A DNA stretch of 64,000 nucleotides. It comes from Alphaproteobacteria bacterium (GTDB lineage: Bacteria; Pseudomonadota; Alphaproteobacteria; MPNO01; UBA830). The DNA is taken from positions 1,120,001 through 1,184,000 of the forward strand of contig OZ219791.1 in NCBI GenBank assembly GCA_964291215.2, in the 5' to 3' direction. Positions 24,805 to 36,263 of this stretch are shown here, piece after piece; within the stretch, counting starts at the first letter, position 1, and each line of letters starts with the position of its first letter. A program made the position numbers and the translations under genes. The notes under the pieces are model-generated. The model was given only the letters and a program-made list of their open reading frames with translations, was not told the DNA's origin and did not search any database.

Positions 24805-25440
24805 ATGACATCCTCGTTGTTTTCAGTTGCACGAAATCTGCTCGCAGTCTCAATCGCTTTGATCATGGGCTTGATGGTCGGGGGTTGCGGCGGTGGCGGT
24901 GGCAGCAGTCCTAGGACTGGCGGTGGATTGGGCGACCTCGGAGACTGGAGTAGGGTGACTGCGGGCAGTAGCATGGTGGGATTTCAACATTCGGAATACG
25001 GATTGATGGCTCGGTTTGACGCAGATGGCTCCAATCCGATGATCACTGCTTCTTCACCAGCCCATCAGCCCACAGTCTCGGGAACCTGGTCGGGGCAATG
25101 GTCTGCTGCGTATTCGGACAACGGTATCTTGGACGGAAGAGATAGCGGCGACGCAAGAATAAACGTGACTATAAGAGGGACCGATGTTTCTGCGATGCTT
25201 ACCTATTCCGGTATAGAGATTGAAGGCATACCCTCCACTTTGTCTTCTGCTCGTACTTCCGTTGCAGACGGCAAATTTGAACCTAGCGTAACCGTGTCCG
25301 TTCCGACCGGATCCGGGGGGCGGGTGTCGAGAACCTTCAGCGGTGTCGGGCAGTTTGGCGGCGCCGAACAGCAGGGCGTCGTGGGGTATGTGTCAGGCCA
25401 GGATTTCCGGTCAGTATTCTACGGTGACCGGACGCCGTGA
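24805..25440 (+). CDS. Putative surface lipoprotein (Gly-rich linker, beta-rich body)
   Basis: SD GAAAGGTG, hydrophobic signal, lipobox VGG-C, GGGGGSS linker, C-terminal FRSVFYGDR; lower GC than core genes. Confidence 0.7.
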   Translation: MTSSLFSVARNLLAVSIALIMGLMVGGCGGGGGSSPRTGGGLGDLGDWSRVTAGSSMVGFQHSEYGLMARFDADGSNPMITASSPAHQPTVSGTWSGQWSAAYSDNGILDGRDSGDARINVTIRGTDVSAMLTYSGIEIEGIPSTLSSARTSVADGKFEPSVTVSVPTGSGGRVSRTFSGVGQFGGAEQQGVVGYVSGQDFRSVFYGDRTP

Positions 25441-26097
25441 TACGGGCATAGCTGGTTCCTGTGGGCTTCTCACTATCTGTCAACGGGGTATGAAGCATCC
25501 TTCGTATTCCTCGAACCCACCGGAAGTGTCTTGGTGGGCGCGTTGCAACGGCCTCTACCGGGCAGCAGGACTTTCCCACGCTGCATCCGATCTTGCGACT
25601 GCTGATGGAGGGAGGTTGCACAGGTTCAACCTTGTTGGGTTTTCTGGCCGCGGTTCCGTCCACGGGTCGCCGCAGCCGGAAAACCCGGCAAGAATACGGA
25701 GATTTGTGCCTTGTTCAGCGGTCATTCAAAACATCAACCACAGCGTGGGAAAGTCCTGCCGGGCAGACATCGTAAGGCCAACACGCGAACAATCCTCTTC
25801 CGAGCATATCCAGTGTTATGTCAGCAATGATATGCCGTACATTTGGTGCTAGACTGTCCGTCCATTCGGGACGGAGACCGGAGTATGAAACGCTACATGG
25901 TAACCTTGGACGAGCATCCATGTTTCCAGGCAAGGTTTTTGCGGGTGTCTGCGGTGGTGTTTTCTGTGGTTGTCCACAGGCGGTCTGGGGTACCGCTTCG
26001 CCGATGTCCTCACCCTGCGAGCGAGGCGACATGCAACTTGTAGTCCCGGCGACGGGTTGCCGTCCATTGCTCATGGTAACGTTACCGGTGAGCGTGG

Positions 26098-27460
<1,363 letters not shown>

Positions 27461-27621
27461 CCAGGGTGATTTTACATTAAATTCTGTTTTATTTTTCAAG
27501 GTATTAACTTGGTTTTCGGGAGCACGGGTTGGTGCGGGAGATTTTTTGCAGTTTTCGCTGACTTTCCTGCACTGGAGTTGTCATGGTGCGGGGATGTCGG
27601 TTCACAAGCACATCCCCATCC

Positions 27622-27783
27622 GGTACTGTAACTTGATGTCTGGAAATTTGTCTGAGGTTTGCGCTTTGAGGCGTTTCACCGGGGGGCTAGCCCCCCGGTG
27701 AAACGCGGCGCCATCGTGCCATCCCATGGAGCTGTAAAAATTCATGGAGGAAGCGAATGGACCTGCGACACACTACGGCGATT
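27622..27783 (+). mobile_element. IS256-family left-end fragment fused to the rpn array
   Basis: GGTACTGTAACTTGATGTCTGGAAATTTGTC IR plus first codons MDLRHTT; joins the rpn unit at the CGGCGATTG microhomology. Confidence 0.85.
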
Positions 27784-27891
27784 GCAAACCTGACAGTGCT
27801 CGGAGTAGGATCTTGCGATGTTGAGTGCCCTTCCTCTTCCGACCCCCGTTGTTCGTCGAGAATCTCCGAGAAACGCCGGAGAACCTGCCCG

Positions 27892-28902
27892 ATGAGCTTT
27901 CCGGCGATGCCGCACGATGCGCTGTTCCGGGCGCTGGTCTCCAAACCTGCCCGCGCTGCCGCGCTGCTCACAGAATACCTGCCGCAAGAAGTGGCCGCCC
28001 TCCTCGACCTCAAGGCCCTGCCTGAGGCAGTCGAAGGCAGCTTCATCGACGAGGACGCCACGCGAACCCAGTGTGATGCGCTGTTCCGGGTCAAGCTGAA
28101 GAGCGGGCACGAGGCGCGCCTCTATGTGCTGCTCGAACATAAGAGCCGGGTCGATGCCGACACACCGTTACAACTCCTGAAATACATGGTCAACATCTGG
28201 CGCCAAGAGATCGAGAATGGCGCTGCCGGGGACAGGTTGCCGACGATCATTCCGCTGGTCTTCTACCACGGCCAGGGTCGCTGGACGGCGGCGCGCTCGG
28301 TGCCGGAGATGATCGACGCGCCTGAGGCGCTGGCACCTTTCGTCAGGGAGTTTGCCTATGTGGTGCACGACCTTGGGGAGATCGCACCACGCCGGCTGTC
28401 GATCTCGCCCGAGGTGCGGGCCGGGCTTCTGGCGCTCAGGGTCGTTCATGCCGAGGAGATACCGCCCGATCTTCTGGACGAGATGACGGGCGGGCCGGTT
28501 GCGGGAAGCGCGTTCGAGCGTCATATTGTGCGTTACATTGCCGAGTGCATGAACCTGACGCCGCCTTTGCTGGAGGCGTCGCTGCGCCGGACGAAACCGG
28601 ATCGCTGGGAGGCACTGATGGGAACGGTCGCGCAAGCCTGGATCGAACAGGGAATCGAACGGGGAATCGAACAGGGGATTGAACGAGGCCGGAGCGAGGG
28701 CCGGGAGGAGGGCCGAGAGGAGGGCCGGCAGACCTTGACGGAACTTCTTCTTCGTCAACTGGCGTTGCGCTTCGGTGATGTGCCGGATACGGTTCGCGAG
28801 CAGGTCCGTGGTGCGTCGGCGGCGGAACTGGAGGTCTGGGCGGAGGCGGTGTTGGTGGCAACCAGCCTTGATGAAGTGCTGGCTGTCAGGCCCGGGCGCT
28901 GA
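27892..28902 (+). CDS. Rpn/YhgA-family nuclease (Transposase_31 + DUF4351-like C-terminus), copy 1
   Basis: PHDALFR, DALFRV, YVLLEHKS, LP.IIPLVFYHG, EQG/EEG repeats, LLRQL..RFG. Confidence 0.9.
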   Translation: MSFPAMPHDALFRALVSKPARAAALLTEYLPQEVAALLDLKALPEAVEGSFIDEDATRTQCDALFRVKLKSGHEARLYVLLEHKSRVDADTPLQLLKYMVNIWRQEIENGAAGDRLPTIIPLVFYHGQGRWTAARSVPEMIDAPEALAPFVREFAYVVHDLGEIAPRRLSISPEVRAGLLALRVVHAEEIPPDLLDEMTGGPVAGSAFERHIVRYIAECMNLTPPLLEASLRRTKPDRWEALMGTVAQAWIEQGIERGIEQGIERGRSEGREEGREEGRQTLTELLLRQLALRFGDVPDTVREQVRGASAAELEVWAEAVLVATSLDEVLAVRPGR

Positions 28903-29166
28903 ATCGGCGCCGTGTACTTGTGTGACACGCGCGACATGACCATTGACTTTGGCGTCCTGAAGAACGCGGACACCGCAGGCTCCGATCTTGAGGCATGTTG
29001 CTCCGGTTGCGGATCGGCTTCGAATATCGGCCTCGAGTCCCTGACATATGTCATGAATCAGGCGCATTTTACATGGGTGCAATATGAAGCTAGAGAAATC
29101 ATATAAACAAGCTATATCAGTGGATTAACGTGTATATCAGCTCGAATTTTTTGGAACTAAGGATTG

Positions 29167-29256
29167 AGCGAATCGGTCTGTAGTGTCAAGTCTCCACGAA
29201 AACCCGTTCGCTGCTCTGCCCCGACATCAAGCGGGAATCAGGGGGTGAGCAGTTAC
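29167..29256 (-). mobile_element. IS66 left-end fragment in the rpn spacer (repeated at 30724-30813)
   Basis: Matches the first ~90 bp of the IS66 copies, ending GGGGGTGAGCAGTTAC. Confidence 0.85.
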
Positions 29257-29436
29257 CCCGAACGCTTACTCAGAACTACCGCCCGTCATGACGATTCCGG
29301 CCTGTCCCCGCGACAGGCGTCGGCGATTGCAAACCTGACAGTGCTCGGAGTAGGATCTTGCGATGTTGAGTGCCCTTCCTCTTCCGACCCCCGTTGTTCG
29401 TCGAGAATCTCCGAGAAACGCCGGAGAACCTGCCCG

Positions 29437-30459
29437 ATGAGCTTTCCGGCGATGCCGCACGATGCGCTGTTCCGGGCGCTGGTCTCCAAACCTGCCCGCG
29501 CTGCCGCGCTGCTCACAGAATACCTGCCGCAAGAAGTAGCCGCCCTCCTCGACCTCAAGGCCCTGCCTGAGGCAGTCGAGGGCAGCTTCATCGACGAGGA
29601 CGCCACGCGAACCCAGTGCGATGCGCTGTTCCGGGTCAAGCTGAAGAGCGGGCACGAGGCGCGCCTCTATGTGCTGCTCGAACATAAGAGCCGGGTCGAT
29701 GCCGACACACCGTTACAACTCCTGAAATACATGGTCAACATCTGGCGCCAAGAGATCGAGAATGGCGCTGCCGGGGACAGGTTGCCGACGATCATTCCGC
29801 TGGTCTTCTACCACGGCCAGGGGCGCTGGACGGCGGCGCGCTCGGTGCCGGAGATGATCGACGCGCCTGAGGCGCTGGCACCTTTCGTCAGGGAGTTTGC
29901 CTATGTGGTGCACGACCTTGGGGAGATCGCACCACGCCGGCTGTCGATCTCGCCCGAGGTGCGGGCCGGGCTTCTGGCGCTCAGGGCTGTTCATGCCGAG
30001 GAGATACCGCCCGATCTTCTGGACGAGATGACGGGCGGGCCGGTTGCGGGGAGCGCGTTCGAGCGTCATATTGTGCGTTACATTGCCGAGTGCATGAACC
30101 TGACGCCGCCTTTGCTGGAGGCGTCGCTGCGCCGGACGAAACCGGATCGCTGGGAGGCATTGATGGGAACGGTCGCGCAAGCCTGGATCGAACAGGGAAT
30201 CGAACGGGGAATCGAACAGGGGATTGAACGAGGCCGGAGCGAGGGCCGGGAGGAGGGCCGGGAGGAGGGCCGAGAGGAGGGCCGGCGGACCTTGACGGAA
30301 CTTCTTCTTCGTCAACTGGCGTTGCGCTTCGGTGATGTGCCGGATGCGGTTCGCGAGCAGGTCCGTGGTGCGTCGGCGGCGGAACTGGAGGTCTGGGTGG
30401 AGGCGGTGTTGGTGGCGGCCAGCCTTGATGAAGTGCTGGCTGTCAGGCCCGGACGCTGA
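29437..30459 (+). CDS. Rpn/YhgA-family nuclease, copy 2
   Basis: As copy 1, with one extra EEGR repeat. Confidence 0.9.
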   Translation: MSFPAMPHDALFRALVSKPARAAALLTEYLPQEVAALLDLKALPEAVEGSFIDEDATRTQCDALFRVKLKSGHEARLYVLLEHKSRVDADTPLQLLKYMVNIWRQEIENGAAGDRLPTIIPLVFYHGQGRWTAARSVPEMIDAPEALAPFVREFAYVVHDLGEIAPRRLSISPEVRAGLLALRAVHAEEIPPDLLDEMTGGPVAGSAFERHIVRYIAECMNLTPPLLEASLRRTKPDRWEALMGTVAQAWIEQGIERGIEQGIERGRSEGREEGREEGREEGRRTLTELLLRQLALRFGDVPDAVREQVRGASAAELEVWVEAVLVAASLDEVLAVRPGR

Positions 30460-30993
30460 ATCGGCGCCATGTACTTGTGTGACACGCACGACATGACCAT
30501 TGACTTTGGCGTCCTGAAGAACGCGGACACCGCAGGCTCCGATCTTGAGGCATGTTGCTCCGGTTGCGGGTCGGCTTCGAATATCGGCCTCGAGTCCCTG
30601 ACATATGCCATGAATCAGGCGCATTTTACATGGGTGCAATATGAATCTAGAGAAATCATATAAACAAGCTATATCAGTGGATTAACGTGTATATCAGCTC
30701 GAATTTTTTGGAACTAAGGATTGAGCGAATCGGTCTGTAGTGTCAAGTCTCCACGAAAACCCGTTCGCTGCTCTGCCCCGACATCAAGCGGGAATCAGGG
30801 GGTGAGCAGTTACCCCGAACGCTTACTCAGAACTACCGCCCGTCATGACGATTCCGGCCCGTCCCCGCGACAGGCGTCGGCGATTGCAAACCTGACAGTG
30901 CTCGGAGTAGGATCTTGCGATGTTGAGTGCCCTTCCTCTTCCGATCCCTGCTGTTCGTCGAGAATCTCCGAGAAACGCCGGAGAACCTGCCCG

Positions 30994-31968
30994 ATGAGCT
31001 TTCCGGCGATGCCGCACGATGCGCTGTTCCGGGCGCTGGTCTCCAAACCTGCCCGCGCTGCCGCGCTGCTCACAGAATACCTGCCGCAAGAAGTGGCCGC
31101 CCTCCTCGACCTCAAGGCCCTGCCTGAGGCAGTCGAAGGCAGCTTCATCGACGAGGACGCCACGCGAACCCAGTGTGATGCGCTGTTCCGGGTCAAGCTG
31201 AAGAGCGGGCACGAGGCGCGCCTCTATGTGCTGCTCGAACATAAGAGCCGGGTCGATGCCGACACACCGTTACAACTCCTGAAATACATGGTCAACATCT
31301 GGCGCCAAGAGATCGAGAATGGCGCTGCCGGGGACAGGTTGCCGACGATCATTCCGCTGGTCTTCTACCACGGCCAGGGTCGCTGGACGGCGGCGCGCTC
31401 GGTGCCGGAGATGATCGACGCGCCCGAGGCGCTGGCACCTTTCGTCAGGGAGTTTGCCTATGTGGTGCACGACCTTGGGGAGATCGCACCACGCCGGCTG
31501 TCGGTCTCGCCCGAGGTGCGGGCCGGGCTTCTGGCGCTCAGGGCTGTTTATGCCGAGGAGATACCGCCCGATCTTCTGGACGAGATGACGGGCGGGCCGG
31601 TTGCGGGAAGCGCGTTCGAGCGTCATATTGTGCGTTACATTGCCGAGTGCATGAACCTGACGCCGCCTTTGCTGGAGGCGTCGCTGCGCCGGACGAAACC
31701 GGATTGCTGGGAGGCACTGATGGGAACGGTCGCGCAAGCCTGGATCGAACAGGGAATCGAACGGGGCCGGAGCGAGGGCCGGGAGGAGGGCCGGCGGACC
31801 TTGACGGAACTTCTTCTTCGTCAACTGGCGTTGCGCTTCGGTGATGTGCCGGATGCGGTTCGCGAGCAGGTCCGTGGCGCGTCGGCGGCGGAACTGGAGG
31901 TCTGGGCGGAGGCGGTGCTGATGGCAACCAGCCTTGATGAAGTGCTGGCTGTCAGGCCCGGGCGCTGA
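30994..31968 (+). CDS. Rpn/YhgA-family nuclease, copy 3
   Basis: As copy 1, with three fewer 4-aa repeats. Confidence 0.9.
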   Translation: MSFPAMPHDALFRALVSKPARAAALLTEYLPQEVAALLDLKALPEAVEGSFIDEDATRTQCDALFRVKLKSGHEARLYVLLEHKSRVDADTPLQLLKYMVNIWRQEIENGAAGDRLPTIIPLVFYHGQGRWTAARSVPEMIDAPEALAPFVREFAYVVHDLGEIAPRRLSVSPEVRAGLLALRAVYAEEIPPDLLDEMTGGPVAGSAFERHIVRYIAECMNLTPPLLEASLRRTKPDCWEALMGTVAQAWIEQGIERGRSEGREEGRRTLTELLLRQLALRFGDVPDAVREQVRGASAAELEVWAEAVLMATSLDEVLAVRPGR

Positions 31969-32394
31969 ATCGGCGCCATGTACTTGCGTGACACGCGCGA
32001 CATGACCATTGACTTTGGCGTCCTGAAGAACGCGGACACCGCAGGCTCCGATCTTGAGGCATGTTGCTCCGGTTGCGGATCGGCTTCGAATATCGGCCTC
32101 GAGTCCCTGACAAGCGCTGAGCCCGGTTTGGTTTGGGGCTAGGGATTTTCGGGTCGAGTGATACCGGAACAGCCCTGTGCTTGGAAGGAAACCGTGGGCT
32201 AAGGTGTCAGGCAGGTTATTCAGGCGGAAGCTGATGCTGCTACCGGCTCTGCTTGAGATGTTAGCTTTCGCCATTCATTCGGGAGAGGAGGGAGAACCAT
32301 GGTAGTTGCCGGCACGCACGAGACCATCCCCGTCGAGGAGATAGAGCCTGATCATTCCACCCCCCCCCCCCCCCCCCGAATCCGCGAGTTTTCC

Positions 32395-32682
32395 AGGATC
32401 GCGAACCTTACGTCCCACATCCTCGCCATCATGCGACGCAGATTGCCCGATGACTGGACCAAGCGCTACAACATCACGTCGATCTTCATCGAAACCTTCG
32501 TCCAGACACCGCGCTACACTAGGGCCGTCTACAAGCCGTCAGGGTGGATCCGTGTCGGAACCACCAGGGGACGAGGGCGCTACGATACGCACAACAAACA
32601 CGACAAGCCAAAAAAACACTTGGCTGGGGCCACTGCGCAGGGACTGAAAACGCACCCTCAACCGGTGACAATTACTGCGTGA
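32395..32682 (+). pseudogene. DUF4338 (DruA-like) C-terminal fragment
   Basis: NLTSHILA..RRLPDDW..RY...ETFV..PRY..AVYK.SGWI.VG.TRGRGRYD. Confidence 0.7.
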
Positions 32683-32754
32683 CCGAACGCTTGCGGCGTT
32701 ATGGGAGCTGTCCGCCCCCGCGCCATGACCCCTTCCTTCTCCTGGAGCTTGCAA

Positions 32755-34050
32755 ATGAGCACGACAGACGATCACAAAGTTGCAGACCTTTCGCTCGCCG
32801 AGTGGGGTCGGAAGGAGATTTCAATCGCCGAAACCGAGATGCCCGGCCTCATGACCCTCCGCGAGGAGTTCGGCGGTGCCAGGCCGCTCGCGGGTGCGCG
32901 GATCGCGGGCTGCCTGCATATGACCATTCAGACGGCCGTCCTCATCGAGACCCTTACCTCGCTCGGCGCGACCGTGCGCTGGAGTTCCTGCAACATCTTC
33001 TCGACCCAGGATCATGCCGCCGCCGCGGTCGCCGCTGCCGGCGTTCCGGTCTTCGCCTGGAAGGGCGAGACCGAGGAGGAGTTCTGGTGGTGTATAGAGC
33101 AAACCGTACGCGGCCCCGATGGCTGGGTGCCCAACTTGGTGCTCGACGACGGCGGCGACCTCACGAAGCTCATGCACGAGAAGTATCCCGAACTTCTCGG
33201 CGACATCAGGGGTCTGTCGGAGGAGACCACAACCGGCGTGCACCGGCTCTATGAAATGGAGAAGAGCGGCGAGCTTCTGGTTCCCGCCATCAACGTCAAC
33301 GATTCCGTCACCAAGTCGAAGTTCGACAATCTGTACGGATGCCGCGAAAGCCTCGTCGATGGCATCAAGCGCGCCACCGACGTCATGGTTGCCGGCAAGA
33401 TCGCCGTCGTCGCGGGATACGGTGATGTCGGCAAGGGCTCGGCCGCCAGCCTGCGCAACCAGGGCGCGCGCGTCATGGTGACCGAGATCGACCCCATCTG
33501 CGCGCTCCAGGCCGCCATGGAAGGCTATGAGGTGGTGACCATGGACAGCGCCGCCGCCATTGGCGACATCTTCGTCACGGCTACCGGGAACATCGAAGTC
33601 ATCACCATCGATCACATGCGCCAGATGAAGGATCGCGCGATAGTCTGCAACATCGGCCACTTCGACAGCGAGATCCAGATCGACGCGCTGCGCAATCTAA
33701 AGTGGGAAAACGTCAAGCCGCAGGTCGACGAGGTCGTGTTCCCGGACGGCAAACGGCTGCTTGTTCTTGCTGAAGGGCGCCTCGTCAATCTCGGCTGCGC
33801 GACTGGCCATCCGAGCTTCGTCATGAGCGCATCCTTTACCAACCAGGTGCTGGCTCAGATCGAGCTCTGGGAGCGCAGCGGCAACTACGGCCGGAAGGTG
33901 TACGTGCTGCCCAAGCATCTCGACGAGAAGGTTGCGGCGCTGCATCTTGGAAAACTCGGCGCCGACCTCACGAAGCTGAGCGAGAAACAGGCCGCCTATC
34001 TCGGTCTTGAAGCGGCGGGGCCGTTCAAGCCCGACTATTACAGATACTGA
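32755..34050 (+). CDS. ahcY: S-adenosylhomocysteine hydrolase
   Basis: [55 protein letters not shown]. Confidence 0.98.
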   Translation: MSTTDDHKVADLSLAEWGRKEISIAETEMPGLMTLREEFGGARPLAGARIAGCLHMTIQTAVLIETLTSLGATVRWSSCNIFSTQDHAAAAVAAAGVPVFAWKGETEEEFWWCIEQTVRGPDGWVPNLVLDDGGDLTKLMHEKYPELLGDIRGLSEETTTGVHRLYEMEKSGELLVPAINVNDSVTKSKFDNLYGCRESLVDGIKRATDVMVAGKIAVVAGYGDVGKGSAASLRNQGARVMVTEIDPICALQAAMEGYEVVTMDSAAAIGDIFVTATGNIEVITIDHMRQMKDRAIVCNIGHFDSEIQIDALRNLKWENVKPQVDEVVFPDGKRLLVLAEGRLVNLGCATGHPSFVMSASFTNQVLAQIELWERSGNYGRKVYVLPKHLDEKVAALHLGKLGADLTKLSEKQAAYLGLEAAGPFKPDYYRY

Positions 34051-34072
34051 ACCTGCGGTTGCGGCCGGGCGG

Positions 34073-34540
34073 ATGATGGCGGCGGACATCGAGCGCATCG
34101 AGCTCGACGGCCCCGGCGCCACGGAGGCGCTGGCATCCGGTTTCGCCCCCAGCCTGCGTCCCGGGAATGTGCTCGCACTCACCGGAGATCTCGGCAGCGG
34201 TAAGACCGTGTTCGCGCGCGGGTTGATCCGCGCAGTCGCGACGGCCTCCGGCACCGAGGTCGGCGAGGTTCCGAGCCCGACTTACACGCTGGTCCAGCCC
34301 TACGAGTTTCCGGGCTTTACGGTCTGGCACTTCGATCTCTATCGGATCGCGTCCGTTGACGACGTCTGGGAGCTCGCCATCGAGGACGCCTTTGCCGACG
34401 GGGTTTCGGTGATCGAATGGGCCGAGAGGATCGATGAAATCCTGCCTCCGACAAGCGTGCGTATCCGTCTCGAGGCGGGGAGTCGCGCGGATGTGCGCAT
34501 CGCGCACATCCGCGACGGGCGCCGCGGAAACGGTGCGTGA
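34073..34540 (+). CDS. tsaE: t6A biosynthesis ATPase
   Basis: GDLGSGKT, SPTYTLV, HFDLYR, IEW. Confidence 0.93.
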   Translation: MMAADIERIELDGPGATEALASGFAPSLRPGNVLALTGDLGSGKTVFARGLIRAVATASGTEVGEVPSPTYTLVQPYEFPGFTVWHFDLYRIASVDDVWELAIEDAFADGVSVIEWAERIDEILPPTSVRIRLEAGSRADVRIAHIRDGRRGNGA

Positions 34541-35538
34541 CAGCGCTCGAGGCCTTCCTCGCCGGCGCCGGCTGGGCCGGAGCGGAGCGCGTGCCCCTGG
34601 CCGAGGACGCCTCGTTCCGGCGTTACCATCGGGTCCGGCTCGGTGAACGCCGTGCAGTCTGCATGGAGGCTGATCCCGATCGCGAGAACGTTCCGGTGTT
34701 CCTTGATGTCGCGCGCCTGCTTTGCGACCTCGGGCTGAGCGCCCCCCGGATCCTCGCCGCCGATGCCGACGCCGGGTTTGCGCTTCTTGAGGATCTCGGC
34801 GACCGGACCTTCTCGCGCCTGCTCGACGCCGGTGCCGATCCCGAAGGTCTCTATGCGCTTGCGACCGACCTGCTGATCGGTCTCCATCGCCGGTTCGACC
34901 CGGCTGTGGTGGCGTGCGCACCGGGCCCCTACAGCGAGCGCCTGTTCCTCGAAGAAGCCGAACTTTTGGTCCACTGGTACTTGCCGGCGGCGACCGGAGA
35001 GCGGGTCGATGGCGCGGCCGCGCGGGACTATTCCGACATCTGGCGCGGGCTCCTCGCCCGCGCGCGCGGCGTCCCCGAGACGCTGGTGCTGCGCGACTTC
35101 CATGTCGACAACCTGATGGAACTCGAAGGCCGCGGCGGTGTCGCGCGCTGCGGGCTCCTCGATTTTCAGGACGCGGTCATCGGACCGGCGAGCTACGACT
35201 TCGTATCCCTCGTCGAGGACGCCCGACGCGATGTCGACCCCAGCATTGCCGCGGCGATGCGGCGGAGGTATCTCGACGCCTTTCCCCGGCTCGACGAAGA
35301 AGAATTCGACAGATCGTGCCTGATTCTCGGCGCTCAGCGCCACTGCAAGGTCCTCGGCATCTTTACTCGCCTTCGCGACCGCGACGGCAAATCCGGATAT
35401 CTCGTCCATGCGCCGAGGCTGTGGCGGCTCCTGGAGACGGCGCTGGCGGATCCGGCGCTCGGTGCGCTCCGCGATTGGCTCGATGACCGGATCCCCCGCG
35501 ACCGCAGGGCTGCGCTGCCGGCGCGCGAGGCGGAATGA
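34537..35538 (+). CDS. amgK: APH-family phosphotransferase (AmgK-like anomeric MurNAc kinase)
   Basis: DASFRRY, LEDLG, RDFHVDNL, LDFQDA, QRHCKVLGIF; located between tsaE and murU. Confidence 0.8.
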   Translation: MTALEAFLAGAGWAGAERVPLAEDASFRRYHRVRLGERRAVCMEADPDRENVPVFLDVARLLCDLGLSAPRILAADADAGFALLEDLGDRTFSRLLDAGADPEGLYALATDLLIGLHRRFDPAVVACAPGPYSERLFLEEAELLVHWYLPAATGERVDGAAARDYSDIWRGLLARARGVPETLVLRDFHVDNLMELEGRGGVARCGLLDFQDAVIGPASYDFVSLVEDARRDVDPSIAAAMRRRYLDAFPRLDEEEFDRSCLILGAQRHCKVLGIFTRLRDRDGKSGYLVHAPRLWRLLETALADPALGALRDWLDDRIPRDRRAALPAREAE

Positions 35539-36263
35539 TGGCCCCGGTGCCCGCCCGCGCCATGGTGCTCGCCGCCGGCCGCGGGATTCGCATGCGCCCA
35601 TTGACCGATCGCGTGCCGAAACCGCTGATCGAGGTCGGAGGCATGACCATGCTCGAGCGGGTTCTCGATCATCTCGCTGCCGCCGGTGTCGAAACCGCAG
35701 TGGTTAATATCCACTGGCTTGCCGATCAGGTGGAGGAGCGGCTGGCCGCGCGTCGAGTGCCGCGCATCGTGATATCGCGCGAAGCAGACCTGCTCGAGAC
35801 TGGCGGCGGCGTCGTCAATGCGCTCCCGGACCTCGGTGCCGGTGCGTTCTTCGTTGCCAATGCCGACATCGTCTGGACCGACGGCCCGGCGCCGGCGCTC
35901 GGACGATTGGCCACGGCTTGGAACGATGCGGCGATGGACGCCCTTCTCCTCGTGTATCCGGTTGCCGGCGCTGTCGGTTATAACGGCGCTGGGGATTTCC
36001 ATATGGACGCGTCGGGGCGGCTCGCTGCGCGCGGCACGGCCGCGCCTCTGGTCTTTACCGGGGTGCAGATCCTGCACCCGCGGCTGTTTGCGGATGCGCC
36101 CGGACGGGTGTTCTCGCTCAACGTCATTTATCGCCGGGCCGCCGCGGCTGGGCGCCTGTTCGGGCTCGTCCATGATGGCGCGTGGTATCATGTCGGGACG
36201 CCGTCGGCGTTCGCCGCGGCCCGCGCCGCGTTCAACAGGCAGGGGGAAGCGTCACCCGGATGA
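35535..36263 (+). CDS. murU: Nucleotidyltransferase (MurU-like)
   Basis: MVLAAGRGIRMRPLT..PKPL, LETGGG, WYHVGTP. Confidence 0.82.
   Translation: MMAPVPARAMVLAAGRGIRMRPLTDRVPKPLIEVGGMTMLERVLDHLAAAGVETAVVNIHWLADQVEERLAARRVPRIVISREADLLETGGGVVNALPDLGAGAFFVANADIVWTDGPAPALGRLATAWNDAAMDALLLVYPVAGAVGYNGAGDFHMDASGRLAARGTAAPLVFTGVQILHPRLFADAPGRVFSLNVIYRRAAAAGRLFGLVHDGAWYHVGTPSAFAAARAAFNRQGEASPG

Larger units (their letters stand above)
27776..32112. repeat. Tandem triplication of a ~1.55-kb rpn unit (periods 1545 and 1557 bp; third unit lacks the spacer)
   Basis: Unit starts CGGCGATTGCAAACC at 27776, 29321 and 30878; shared sequence ends GAGTCCCTGACA. Confidence 0.95.

Noticed and set aside
23889-24914. 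341-aa ORF
   Set aside because: Spans an IS630 end, a poly-C tract and intergenic DNA; composition not protein-like
27757-30993. Variable N-terminal extensions of the Rpn ORFs
   Set aside because: They derive from IS256/IS66 ends and spacer; family homology starts at MSFPAMPHD
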